Shown here piece after piece: positions 11,875 to 24,214 of a DNA stretch of 64,000 bases; the stretch's first letter is position 1; the number at the start of each line of letters is the position of its first letter. Where the stretch lies: the NCBI GenBank assembly GCA_965112735.1, contig OZ218951.1:1302001-1366000 (forward strand), in the 5' to 3' direction. Made by a program: the position numbers and the translations under genes. Below the pieces are notes generated by a model. The model made no database searches. It was given only the letters and a program-made list of their open reading frames with translations, and had not been told where the DNA came from. The stretch is from Phaeosaccion multiseriatum (taxonomy: Eukaryota > Protista > Ochrophyta, other classes).

Positions 11875-14800
11875 ATGGCGCCCCCAACGGCAGCCCCAAC
11901 GGCGGTGGAAGGGAACCCACCATCGGACGCCACTCTCCCGGGCTGGAACGACATGCTGCTAACGGCCGTGGCGAGTCTCATCGCCGGCAGCGTCCTCCTC
12001 TTCCTCTTTGAGCTACTCCGCTCCAGACGGCACCGCTACTTTCGCTGTCTGTACCGCCAGCGACACACGCTGCGCTACCGAAAGCTCTCCTACCGCCTCA
12101 AAAATATCAACATGCCCACCTACCCGAGGGGACTGCTGCGCTGGGTGCCGGACACTTTCCGCCGCAGCGACCAGGACTTTCTGGACCTTGTGGGGCTCGA
12201 CGGATATGTAACGCTGAGGTTAGTGGGCGAGTGTGTGAGTGAGTGAGGGCCTGAGGGAGTGAGTGGGGGACAAGTGAGGGAGTGAGGGGGTGAGTGAATG
12301 AGTTCGTGAGTGAGATGAGTGAGTCAGTGAGTGAGTTAGTGAGATGCGTGAGTAAGTGAGTGAGTGAGTTAGTGGATGAGTGACTGAGTGTGTAGATGAG
12401 TGAGTGAGTGAATGAGTGAGTGAGTGAGTGAGTGAGTGAGTGAGTGACAACAACGACAACAACATTGATCGCTTTGACTCACCCTGCGTGCTCCACCCAA
12501 TCCCCCCCCCCCCCTTCCCTCCCCCGGCAGGTACATTCGCCTCTGTCGCAACATTTGCGCAGTGAGCACGGTGGTGGGGCTGTTGGTTCTCACCCCCCTC
12601 TACAGCTTTGGCGACGACGCTGTGAATCGCGTGGACAAGTACACCATGACCAATCTCAAGGACGGCGATGGTACTCTGTGGGCTCCTGTGGTGTGTTGCT
12701 GGTTGCTCTCCATCACCTCCATGGAGCTGTTGCGGCGCGAGTATAGAATGTAAGGCAGAGCAAGCGCACGCACTGATGAAGGAAAGAGAGAAAGACAAGC
12801 ACACACACACGCACACACACATACACACATGCATCAAATTCGCTGCCCAACTCTAACTACCCTTCCGCAACGTTTTCCCTCTTGCTTGTTGTGCCTCTTG
12901 CTGCCGCTGCTGCTGTTGCTCCTCCTCCTGCTGCTGCTGCTGCTGCTGCTGCTACTGGTGCCGTCACACACACACATCATGACACAACACAAACAACACC
13001 CAACATACCGCAACATAATCACAACACAACACAACACAACACAACAGGTTCTCCGACCTGCGCAACGATTGGCTGGCGGAGGGGGACGTCGGCGTCATTA
13101 GACAAACCTCGTACACCGTCATGGTGGAGAAGATCCCTGAGGGTACGGTGCGGAAGGCGGACAGGGCCGTTTGGGGGGGGGGGCACACGCTACCTTACAT
13201 GGGATGGATCTGGGGGCATCTGCGACACCAGGGGTGGGGGACTGTGCGCGGCTGTAGGCGTTTGATTGTTTTTGGTCCAACGCGTGTACCTGCTCTCTCT
13301 TTGCTTTTTGTATGTCCCCCCCCCCCCCCCCCCTCTCTCTCTCTCTCTCTGGTCTCTCCCTCATCTGTCTCCCTGTATCTCTCTCTCCGATTGCCTGCGG
13401 ATGGTCCTAACCTTAATTTCCTTCTTCTTCTTCTTCCTCCTCCTCCTCCTCCTCCTCCTCCTCCTCCTCCTCCTCCTCCTCCTCCTCCTCCTCCTCCTCC
13501 TCCTCCTCGTCCTCCTCCTCCTCCTCCTCCCCTCCAGCCTTCCGAAGCGCATCGATGCTGAAGAAATTCTTCGACGCCTTGTTCCCAGGCATGGTGCACA
13601 GCGCCACCATCGCTTTGGAGCTTCACGACCTCGCAGGCCTAATTGCCAAGAGAGACGAAGCCCTCAACTGCTTGGAGCGATGCATAATCCTCGAGAGGCA
13701 CCTCCAAGCAAGGCAGTTGGTGATACACGGGCAACAGGGCGGCAACAGCATGAGCAGCAGGTGCAAGAAGAAGCTGGCGAATGTGCGGAAGGAGAAGGAG
13801 AAATTTCAGTTTCAATTGGTGGAGCTGAATAACCGTCTCCGCCCGGAGCAAGACCGCAAGCTAAAGGCGGCTCAGACGGTGGAGAAGCACAAGAAGAGGG
13901 AGCTCAAGGCCCTTGGAGACAACGTGAACAACATGGCACACTACTTCTCGGAGCAGCTGCACGACGTGAGTGCTTGCGTGGGGTGGGGCTACTCAGTCAC
14001 TCAGTCACTCCTTCACTGTCCTGACACTCACTCACTCATTTTCTTGACACTCACTCACTCCTTCACTGTCCTGACGCTCGTTCCTTCACTGTCCTGACAC
14101 TCACTCCTTCGCTGTCCTGACACTCACTCACCGCCTTGGCGACGGCTGTACACCCAACACAGGGCGCCACACCGGCAACCATGCGGTGTATCGGTGTGAA
14201 GCCTGCCCCCTGGTGGAAGGACACCGACCAACCATTGGAGCCCCTTCACGAGCAGAGTGAGGAGCAAGAGGGAGCCACAGAGGGGGCTCAGCAGCACCAG
14301 CAGCAGCAGCAGAAACAACAGGAGGAGGAGGAGGAGGAGGAGGAGGAGGAGGAGGAGGAGGAGGAGGAGGAGGAGGAGGAGGAGGAGGAGAAATCAGTGG
14401 TACAGCAAAGAGGCCTCGGCGGGCTCGAGGCGGGGGAGGGCGGAAGAGAGCTGGAGAGGGAGGCACAGGAGGAGGCGGTAGCTTTCTCAAGGCCCTCTGC
14501 AGTAACCCGCATGGAAGAAGGTGGTGGAGGAGGAGGAGGAGGAGGAGGAGGAGGAGGAGGAGGAGAAAGAGAAGGAGGCGATGCTGCTGCTGGGGCAGCT
14601 CAGGCGAACACCTGGGAGAACATCACTGCTCGGCACCGCAGTGCAGCCACCCCGGCCGGAGACTTGGAGCAAGGGCCGGAGTCAGTAAAACAATCACTTG
14701 GGAGTCCCAACGAGGAGGATGAGGAGGAGGAGGAGGAGGAGGGGGAGGGGGAGGAGCAGCCCTCAACTCGGTCCATGAGCTTCTTTGCGGCCGCGGCGGA

Positions 14801-15358
14801 GGGACTCCGGCGACGGGTGGTTAGCAGCAACAACAACAACTCGACAAGCTCGCCTCCCGGAGGAGGAGGAGGAGGAGGAGGAAGCAATGTGATGTCGAGG
14901 GGTCTGAGTGCGGTGGTGCCCTCATCGATTACGAGGGGAACGGGAGGGCTTATTCAGCGGCATCGGAACAACCGGGCGGAACAGAACCTACTGTCGCAAG
15001 AGATTACAGCAGAGCAACTTGACGATGCGGAGGAGGTGCTTCGCAGAGAAGGGCTGCGCGGGATCAAGGTACTGATGGACTGATTGACTGACTGACTGAC
15101 TGACTGACTGACTGACTGACTATTTTGCTGATTGACTGACTTGATGGATTGACTGACTGACTGACTGACTGACTGACTGACTGACTGACTGACTGACTGA
15201 CTGACTGACTGACTGACTGACTGACTGACTGACTGACTGACTGACTGATTGACTGACTGACTGACTGACTGACTGACTGACTATTTTGCTGATTGACTGA
15301 CTTGATGGATTGACTGACTGACTGACTGGCTGGCTGACTGGCTGAAGGATTGACGGAT

Positions 15359-15390
<32 letters not shown>

Positions 15391-16716
15391 TCTCTCACTA
15401 ACTGGCTGACTGACGGACTGGCTGGCGGACTGACTGTCTAACTGACAAACTGACTGACTGACTGACTGAAAGACTAATACTCCTCCCCCTCCTCCTCCTC
15501 CTCCTCGTCCTCCTCCTCCTCCTGTAGGACAAAGTCACCCGGCAGTACCTCCGCTCGAAGGAGCTCCATGCGAATACCAATCTCCGTAGGACCAGAACAA
15601 AAGCCCCCCCTCGCGTGGAGGGGATGGCAGTGGATGTCAGTGGTGGTCCTCAGTCCCGATTTAGGCGGCGAGACAGCCTGTTGAACACCATCAGCGCCTC
15701 ATCACCACGGACGATGCTCCTTAAGAGGAGGGGCTTGGTTCAGACGAATGCAGCAGCGGGAGGGGGGGACGCAGCGGGAGGAGGAGGAGGAGGAGCAGCA
15801 GGAGGAGGAGGAGGCGTGCCGAGAGCCTTCGGAGAGACTCTGAGTGGACTGGGAGCGACTTGGGTGAGACGGAAGAGCAGCGGCAACAAAGCGGGGGGAG
15901 CTGCTAGCGTAGAAGGGTGAGTGAAGCATGAGGTGGCGAGTCGGGTTTGGGCTTTCTTCTTCTTCGTCTTCTTCTTCCCCCCTCTCAATACGGATACGCA
16001 CACTCACACGCACACACACAGGTCCACAAGCCCAGGGGGGAGACGAGGATCGAGATCACCATCCTCCATCAACGCGGGGGGGGCAGAAGGTGCAGATGGT
16101 GCAGGTGGTGCAGGTGGTGATACAGGCTTTCGTTCTACCGCCAGGTCCTCCACTAGCCGGTCGCCAGTTGGGGGCAAGGAAGGGAAAGAAGGAGAGAGTC
16201 ACATGTCAACGAAATCACGCCGCGGTGTCCAGGAGCTCGACTATCCTGTCAAGAGGGCCGGCGGGAGTCGCAGCCCGGCCGGCACCAGTACCGGCGCCAA
16301 TGCTGCGAGAAGACTCACCACAAGAGAGGAAAAAGAGGAAGAGGAGGAGGAGCAGGAGGAGGAGGAGGACGAGGGACCCCCTTCGGATGTGGAAGGGCAA
16401 GGCAGTATCCTGCCGCTTCGTGCTGCGCCAGAGGCTGTCGAGCGTCCTCTCAGCCTCACGGTACCTTTCACAGCGGCACTCGACGAGGGCATGGAGCAGC
16501 AGTTGGTGATACAGCAGAACCAGGAAGCGAAGGAGGAGGAGAAGGAAGAGAGCGAAGCGCAGCACTACAACAATGACGAACATGAAGGTGAAGATGCCAG
16601 TGCTCTGACCACTACTACTACCACTGAGAGGGGAAGAAGCACATTGAAGCAAGAGGCGGCGATGGTGGAGGAGGAGGGACGACAGCAGACGGACAGGGGA
16701 GGACAAAGCGCAGAAG

Positions 16717-16757
<41 letters not shown>

Positions 16758-19700
16758 GTGATGCAGCAGCAAGAGCCACAAGACGTCAAGGAGGGGTCGG
16801 ACGGTTGGGCTCTCTCCTGGAGCTTATCGGACAACGGCGGCGGGCGACGGGTGCTGAGCATCGATGTTGGGGAGGACGAGCGGGCGGGCACCAGCGACAG
16901 TGATTTGTTTCGCAGCACCGGTGGTACTGCCTCCACACGGGGCGGCAGTGGTGGTGGTGGTGGTGCTGGTGGTGGCAGTAGTGGTGTTGGTGGTAATGTA
17001 TCACCAACTGGTGGGGTTGGTGACGACGACTTGATGGCTCAGAGGAGGTATTCGGAGAGTGGGGGGGGGGATAGCGGCATGCAAAGGCGCGACGTCCATC
17101 GAAACAGCTCTCGTCTATTAGTGAAGGACAGTCCGAGAGACAGTGTGAGGGACAGTGTGAGAGACAGCACCCGCTTTAGTCCGGGAGGCACGGCACGCAT
17201 TATGGGAAAGAACATCGGGAACGTTCTGCAGAACATTCAAGCACCGGAGCTTGGAGCCGTCAAGGTGAGAGAGAGGGAGAGGGGGGAGGGGGGGGGGGAA
17301 GGGAGGGAGAGAGGAGTGGAGACTTTTTGTTCTTCTTCTTTTCCAATTAAAACCCAACACCTGATCCCCCCCCAAACGCACCGGCTCGTGTTGTTCGTCC
17401 ACTGTCGTGTGCAGGACCGTGTGGCAGATGCGTCCAACAGACTGCGCGGTAACCTCGCTGAGGTCGTTTCTGTGTCGGCACTCGAAGTGGCCGGGGCAAT
17501 GAGGGTGAGTGTGCGTGCGTGTGTGCGTGTGTGTGTGCGTGTGTGTGTGCATTTGTGCGCGTCCCTGCGGTCGTTGTAGTACCCATCCACTGCCATCCCC
17601 CCCCCCCCATCCCGCGTCTCTCTTGCAACTGCTCATGCTGATTCCCTCCTCCTCCACCCTCCCCACCCGCCGCCGTTCCTGCTCCCTCCCCGTGCACTGC
17701 CATCCTCTTCCTCTTCCTCCCCCATCCAATGTCATTGCCACCCCCCCCCTCCTGCAGCTACTCACCACCAAGAGCATGTCAAGTACAGGATTTGTAACGT
17801 TCAAAACGCTTACAGCGAGAGCGTGCGCGGTGCAGGCCCGTCTGTGCAACATTCCAGGCATCTTCCTCCTCACAGGGGCGCCCGAGAGCAGGGACATCCG
17901 GTACGTCACACAAACTACCAATTGCTGTACCAAGTAATGCACTTTACTTCATTTCTTGCTCTGTGTATATCCTATTTGAGTCATGCGTGCGTGGGTTGGT
18001 TCGCTCGTTTGTTGGGTCGTTTCCGCTCTTCGCCTTTTTCTTTCTGACTTACCGACTGACTGGCCGATTCCCCATTCATTTGTGGCGCAATCTCTATCAA
18101 ATATCGGCTGCTACGCACTCATTCACTCACTCACTACTCACTTACTCACTCGCTCACTCGCCCTCTCACTTACTCACTCGCTCACTCACCCTCTCACTTA
18201 CTCACCCACTTACTCACGCACTCGCTCACTCACTCACTCACTCACTCACTCACTCACTCACTCACTCACTCACCCACTTACTCACGCACTCACTCGCTCA
18301 CTCACTCACTCACTACTCACTTACTCACTCGCTCACTCGCTCACTCACCCTCTCACTTACTCACTCGCTCACTCACCCTCTCACATACTCACCCACTTAC
18401 TCACGCACTCGCTCACTCGCTCACTCACTCTCTCACTCACTCACTCACTCACTTACTCACTCACTCACTCACTCACTCACTCACTCACTCACTGACTTCA
18501 CTCACTCACTCACTCACTCACTCACTGACTTCACTCACTCGCTCACTCACTCACTCACTCACTCGCTCGCTCACTCACAGATGGGATCACGTGACCAACA
18601 GCCCGTCCTCCATCCACCTGCGCCGCACGTTGGTGACTGTGGGGTTGTTCATCGGTGTCATCTTTTGGAGTTCGCTCGTAACCGCCATTCAGGTGGGTGG
18701 GTGCAACATCACTCCAGAAGCATTTGTAGGATGCCTCGTTAGGCCTCCGTATGACTCTGTTTGCCGCCGTATGGTATGCCACTGTCATCCACGCCTCCAT
18801 CCACTGCCATCCACTCACCCACAAATCCGCCCACCTACCTACCCATCCATCCATCCGTTCTTCCCTCCATCGACTGCCATCCATCCGCCCGCCCACCCAC
18901 CCACCCACCCATCTTCTGCCATCCATCCATCCACTGCTATCCGTCCACTGCCATCCCCCAGGCCCTATCGGACATCGAAACTCTGAACAAGGTGCTTCCC
19001 TTCATGAAGCAGCTTGATAAGAACAACCCCACCCTGGGCACGCTCATCACCTCCTACCTGCCCGTGCTGCTCCTGTTGCTGCTCATCAGCAACCTCTACT
19101 TCATCTTCAAGGTGTGTGTGTGTGTGCGTGCGTGAGTGTGTACGTGCGGGCATGTGTGCATGCGTGCACTTACACCTGCCTGCCTGCTGGCCTGCCTGAG
19201 TGAGTGACTGCCTGCCTGTCTGCTTGGCTTGGCTTATCGTGGCATCTAAACGTCTTTGTTTTCTCTCCCTCTCCTTCTCCCTCCCTCCCTCCCTCCCTCC
19301 CTCCCTCCCTCCCTCCCTCCGTCCCTCCCTCCCTCCCTTTCTCCCTCCCTCCCTCCCTCCCTCCCTCCCTCTCCCTTTTTCTCTCTTTCTCCCTCTCCCT
19401 CTCCCTCTCCCTCCCTCCCTCCCTCCCTCCCTCCCTCCCTCCCTCCCTCCCTCCCTCCCTCCCTCCCTCCCTCCCTCCCTCCCTCCCTCCCTCCCTCCCT
19501 CCCTCCCTCCCTCCCTCCCTCCCTCCCTCCCTCCCCCCCTCTCTCCCTCCCTCCCTCCCCTCCCCTCCCCTCCCTCTCTCCCTCCCTCCCTCCCCTCCCC
19601 TCCCCTCCCCTCCCCTCCCCTCCCCTCCCCTCCCCTCCCCTCCCCTCCTTTCCCCTCCCCTCCCCTCTCCTCCCCTCTCCTCCCCTCCCCTCCCCTCCCC

Positions 19701-22700
19701 TCCCTCCCTCCCTCCCTCCCTCCCTCTCTCCCTTTCCCTCCCTCTCTCCCTCTCCCTCCCCCCCTCTCTCCTTCCCTCCCTCCCCCCCGCTCTCCCTCAG
19801 TTCCTGGCTAATGCGTACGAGGGCTACAAGTCCAAATCCGAAGTCGAGCTTGTAGTCATGAGCCGCTATTTCTACTTCCAGCTCGTCAACGTGTACGTCA
19901 CTGTGACCTCAGGTGAGCCTTGTTGGGGGGTAGCACTGCGCCAGAGAGACCCATTTATGTCCCATGTCCACACCCATCATTCCCGTCTGTCTGGGAGGAG
20001 GAGGAGGAGGGGGGAGTCGTATCTCCCTCCTTCCCTCCTCACCTTCTCTTCTTCAACTCCCTCTCTCCCTCCTTCCCTCCTCACCTTCTCTTCTCCAACT
20101 CCCTCTCTCCCTCCTTCCCTCCTCACCTTCTCTTCTCCAACTCCCTCTCCCTCCTTCCCTCCTCACCTTCTCTTCTCCAACTCCCTCTCTCCCTCCTTCC
20201 CTCCTCACCTTCTCTTCTTCAACTCCCTCTCCCTCCTTCCCTCCTCACCTTCTCTTCTCGAACTCCCTCTCTCCCTCCTTCCCTCCTCACCTTCTCTTCT
20301 CCAACTCCCTCTCTCCCTCCTTCCCTCCTCACCTTCTCTTCTCCAACTCCCTCTCCCTCCTTCCCTCCTCACCTTCTCTTCTCGAACTCCCTCTCTCCCT
20401 CCTTCCCTCCTCACCTTCTCTTCTCCAACTCCCTCTCCCTCCTTCCCTCCTCACCTTCTCTTCTCGAACTCCCTCTCTCCCTCCTTCCCTCCTCACCTTC
20501 TCTTCTCCAACTCCCTCTCCCTCCTTCCCTCATCACCTTCTCTTCTCCAACTCCCTCTCTCCCTCCTTCCCTCCTCACCTTCTCTTCTCCAACTCCCTCT
20601 CCCTCCTTCCCTCCTCACCTTCTCTTCTCGAACTCCCTCTCTCCCTTCTTCCCTCCTCACCTTCTCCTCTCGAACTCCCTCTCCCTCCTTCCCTCCCATG
20701 ATCCCAAGGCTCGCTCATGCGGGACATCAACAAAAACACGAGCCCCAATCAAATCCTCAAGATCTTGGGCACCAACCTGCCCACTGTGGCAGTGTACTTT
20801 AGCAACCTCATCATCGCCAAGCTTGTGGGAGGGCTCATGTTGGAGCTTTGCTTCGGAGGGCGGCCGCTCAAGGTTAGAGGCGTATGGGGAGGGGATGGGA
20901 AGGGGGGGGGGGGAGGGGAGTGAAGGGAAGGGTAGGGTAGGAAGGTCGCGAGAGCCCAGGCCCAAGCGAGGGCGATCCGTTTTGATATTAGCCTTGCTTG
21001 TTGCTTGAGGAGCTTTCCTGCCCATATGCCTCCCGTCTTTCGTGTGCCGTGCGGTACTTCGCTGCCCTCAATTCTCTCCCCCCCTCTCTCTGCACCCCCC
21101 TCGTCTCTCTCTCTCTCTCCATCTTTCCCCCCTCCTCTCCCTCCCCCACCTCCCCCTCCCCCCCCCCCCTCTCTCTCCTTCACTCCACTCGTCTCAGTTC
21201 TGGCGCATCCTTGTCACGGAGCTCTTCTCGCAACCCAAGCTGCGCACTCAAAAGGACATGACGAGAGGCTGCTACGAACCATCCGAGCCTTGGTACGGCC
21301 GCTTCTACGCTGACTTCCTGCTCGTGCTGCTCATCTGCTTCACCTACAACATCATCGCACCCTTCGTGGTCGCCATCGGTTTGGTGTACTTTAGTCTGGC
21401 AGAGCTTGTCTACAAGTATAACCTCACCCACTGCTTCTGGCCCATGTATGAGTCCGGGGGCATGTTTTGGTACAAGTTGGGTCGCCAGACTGTGATTGGC
21501 CTCATTGCAGGGCAGATTACCCTCATTGGCTATGTGTCGCTGAAAGGGGGCATCAAACAGGGTCCGTTTATGCTTCCCCTGCCCTTCTTTGTGGGATGGC
21601 TGGGCTGGAAGATGAATAAGAATGCAAAGTTCGCCAGCGATCAGCTCTCCATTGACAAGGTGAGTGAGTGAGTGAGTGAGTGAGGGGGAGAAGTGAGAGA
21701 GGGAGGAGGGCGACATGCAGGCGAAGGGAGGGGGGGGGGGGGCGGAATTCTTCCTAAACCACCTAACCAATCCACCAACCATCCAACAACTAACCATCCG
21801 ACCAACCACCTAACAATCTTATGTATATATATATTATATATAATATATAACCATCCAACCAACCATCCACTATATATATATTTTATATATAATATATAAC
21901 CATCCAACCAACCATCCACCCACCCTCCCAAACCGACTAATCCAACATTGAAGCAACCCCCTTTCTCCTTCCCTCCCTCAGGCCATGGTCATTGACAAGG
22001 AGGATGAGGTATGTGTGCAAGAAGAAGGTCTCTTGCCCACCTGGCATATCTTCGATGCTGCCGCCTACACGCAGCCGTCCCTGCAGGAGAGAGAGCCCGT
22101 GCTGTTCGGACACAGCGCGAAGCACAGAGGGGTAGCGGGGTTGGGTACCGAGGATTACTCTTCGGATGTGGAGTGTGATGGTTTTGTGGAGTTTCCTCCT
22201 GGGTGGAAGGGTGGAGGGCGCTTGTCGGGGGATGGAGGGAGCTTGTGGGAGGGTGGGGACTTCACCACGAGCTCTTCGCTCGACGCGGAGGAGGGAGGAG
22301 GAGAGACATGGCTGGGTAAAGGGGCGGAGGCAGGAGGGGCGGGGGTGGATGGGAAGGACCGAAACGGCTGGGAGGATATGCAGCCGCACCAACAGCAGCA
22401 GCAGCAGTTGGTGATACAGCAGCAGAGAAGGCGGTCGTACGGCCAGCAGCAGCAGTCAATGAAGCCCGCCTCTTCTCCTCCTACGGTCATGGCGTTTGGA
22501 GGGGGGCGGAGGCAGTCGCTTGCCTCGCCCAACATGACGGAGCAGCAGGCGGCAAGGTTCAGAGAGCAGGTGATGAGCAAGGCTGCCGCCTCCGCCTCTG
22601 CCTCCTCCCCATCCTCTCTCCCTGCAAAAGCCAAGGGGAGGGATGAGGGAGACGACGAGGAGGAGGACGAAGAAGAGGATGAGGAGGAGGAGGATGATGA

Positions 22701-22980
22701 TGATGATGATGATGATCATGATGAGGATGACGAAGGCGATGCGGCAGACGACCAATCACCGCAGCAGAGGGGCAGCAGGAGGAGACTGCCGGGGAGGAAG
22801 CTCTTCAGCAAGGCAAGGGCCGGCATCAACAGCGCAGGGTCTACCAGTACCGGGGGCGGCGTGGGGGGTAGGCGTAGGCATGGGAGTGGGAGGGGGGGCG
22901 GGGCTCCTTCCTCCTTGACGGATCTGCCTTCTCCCACCAAGAAGCCGCTGTTGGGCCCGTCGGGGGGGCGAAGTGAGTGA
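11875..22980 (+). CDS. OSCA/TMEM63 (CSC1/ERD4 family) mechanosensitive calcium-permeable channel
   Basis: Family motifs occur in the expected order: GLLRWV...[10 protein letters not shown]|[44 protein letters not shown]|[36 protein letters not shown]. About 15 exons with GT-AG introns; stop at 22980. Confidence 0.93.
14005..14125. repeat. Intronic short tandem repeat (~24-bp CACTCCTTCACTGTCCTGAC unit, ~4 copies)
   Basis: Repeated ccttcactgtcctgac in an OSCA intron. Confidence 0.7.
15078..15470. repeat. (GACT)n microsatellite with an internal higher-order duplication
   Basis: GACT array. The interrupting block ctattttgctgattgactgacttgatggatt occurs twice (15120 and 15281). Confidence 0.9.
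18115..18578. repeat. Degenerate (CACT)n microsatellite in OSCA intron
   Basis: Directly visible. It is the source of the spurious THSL-repeat ORFs. Confidence 0.9.
19278..19797. repeat. (CCCT)n/(CCCCT)n polypyrimidine tract in OSCA intron
   Basis: About 500 bp of almost pure C/T. Confidence 0.9.
20024..20697. repeat. Intronic minisatellite, 40/42-bp unit, ~16 copies
   Basis: Unit ctccctccttccctcctcaccttctcttctc(c/g)aactccct(ct). The accttctc anchors at 20041, 20083, 20125 and 20165 give spacings of 42, 42 and 40. Confidence 0.9.
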
Positions 22981-23269
22981 AGGAAAGCAGGGAGCAGGGG
23001 AGGGGGGCTGCGTGTTTAGGATGGATTGGATACTTATCGAGCTGTGTTCATCCCAATCCAAGGACACGCAACGCCAGTACCAATGCGTGCCTGCGCACCG
23101 GGACTTGCCCATCCGTTGAGATGTTGTTTGTGTGTCAAGCAGTGTGGGTCAAGCAGCGCTTGCCTACTCCAATAGACCGCGACACCGCCACATCCGCTGC
23201 ACGCACGCACAGATGGAGGCGATGCATACTTATATAATCTTTTAAAAAATAAATTTCTTGTTATAATCT

Positions 23270-23356
23270 GAACTGAGGCAACAACGCTCTCGGCCAGTGC
23301 TGCTACCCACTCCGAACTGAGGCAACACGCTCTCGGCCAGTGCTGCTACCCACTCC
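23270..23356. repeat. 44/43-bp tandem duplication (intergenic)
   Basis: gaactgaggcaac(a)acgctctcggccagtgctgctacccactcc occurs twice with a one-base indel. Confidence 0.9.
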
Positions 23357-24214
23357 ACTGTAGAGAGTCGGAGCGGCCCCCGCCAGCTCCTCAAGCTGTT
23401 TAGTCTGTCAGTTCAAAGCTTTGTCTGTCTGCAGCCCCCCCGCCCCACCGGCAGAGGACAGTCAATCCTCTCTCTTGCGGGTCTCGTCACGTTATATAAA
23501 CCTATTACCACTTCCCCTATATCCCGTCCTCCCCCCTCCTTTTTACAGTGCAGTCAGGTGCCATACAGGGCCCCTTCCTTCCTTCCTTCCTTCCTTCTCC
23601 TCCATCCCATCCCCCCCTTCCCCTTTCCCTTCCATTTCTGTGTTAGACCTACCTAACTTCTTTCGTGTTAGACCTACCTAAACCACCTACCCATCGGTCT
23701 TTCTGCTGGTGCTTCGCTCTTTGTTGAGAGTGTCACTCAGTCACTCACTGCATTAGTGCCCATCGCCCGCCCCATCCACCGAACGTCACAGCTTCACTCA
23801 CGGTCAGTCCACTTCACTCAGTAAGTCACCGACCCTTGCCCCTCGAGACCGAAGCACCCCATCACCCCGTCACTGATCGACCACGACCAGTTAAACACCA
23901 CGTCAGAGCACCGTCCATGAGCCCTCCTGACACCTGACACTGGTGCTGTCTTCAAATAACATTCACCTTCCCTGTCCCTTCCTTCCTTCCTTCCTTCCTT
24001 CCTTCCTTCCTTCCTTCCTTCCTTGCTTGCTTATGTCTCTGTACATTGCTCTGCTCTGCTTGAGGAGGTTCTGAAGATTCCTTCCCACTGCAGTACTAGT
24101 TGGTCGTGCTCCCTCTCGCAATCCCTCTCTCCCTCTCTCTCTCTCTCTGTGTGTGTATGTGTGTGTGTGTATGTGTTTCGCTCCCCCCCCCCCCCCCTCC
24201 CTCTGTCTGTCTTG

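Noticed and set aside
17963-18742. THSL-repeat ORFs
   Set aside because: Translation of the (CACT)n intron microsatellite.
20024-20697. CRISPR-like periodic array
   Set aside because: Head-to-tail units with no unique spacers, located in a eukaryotic intron, and no cas genes.
19200-21008. Long Pro/Ser/Leu-rich ORFs (532, 362 and 245 aa)
   Set aside because: They are read-through of C/T intronic repeats that lack stops. Only the short embedded OSCA exons are coding.
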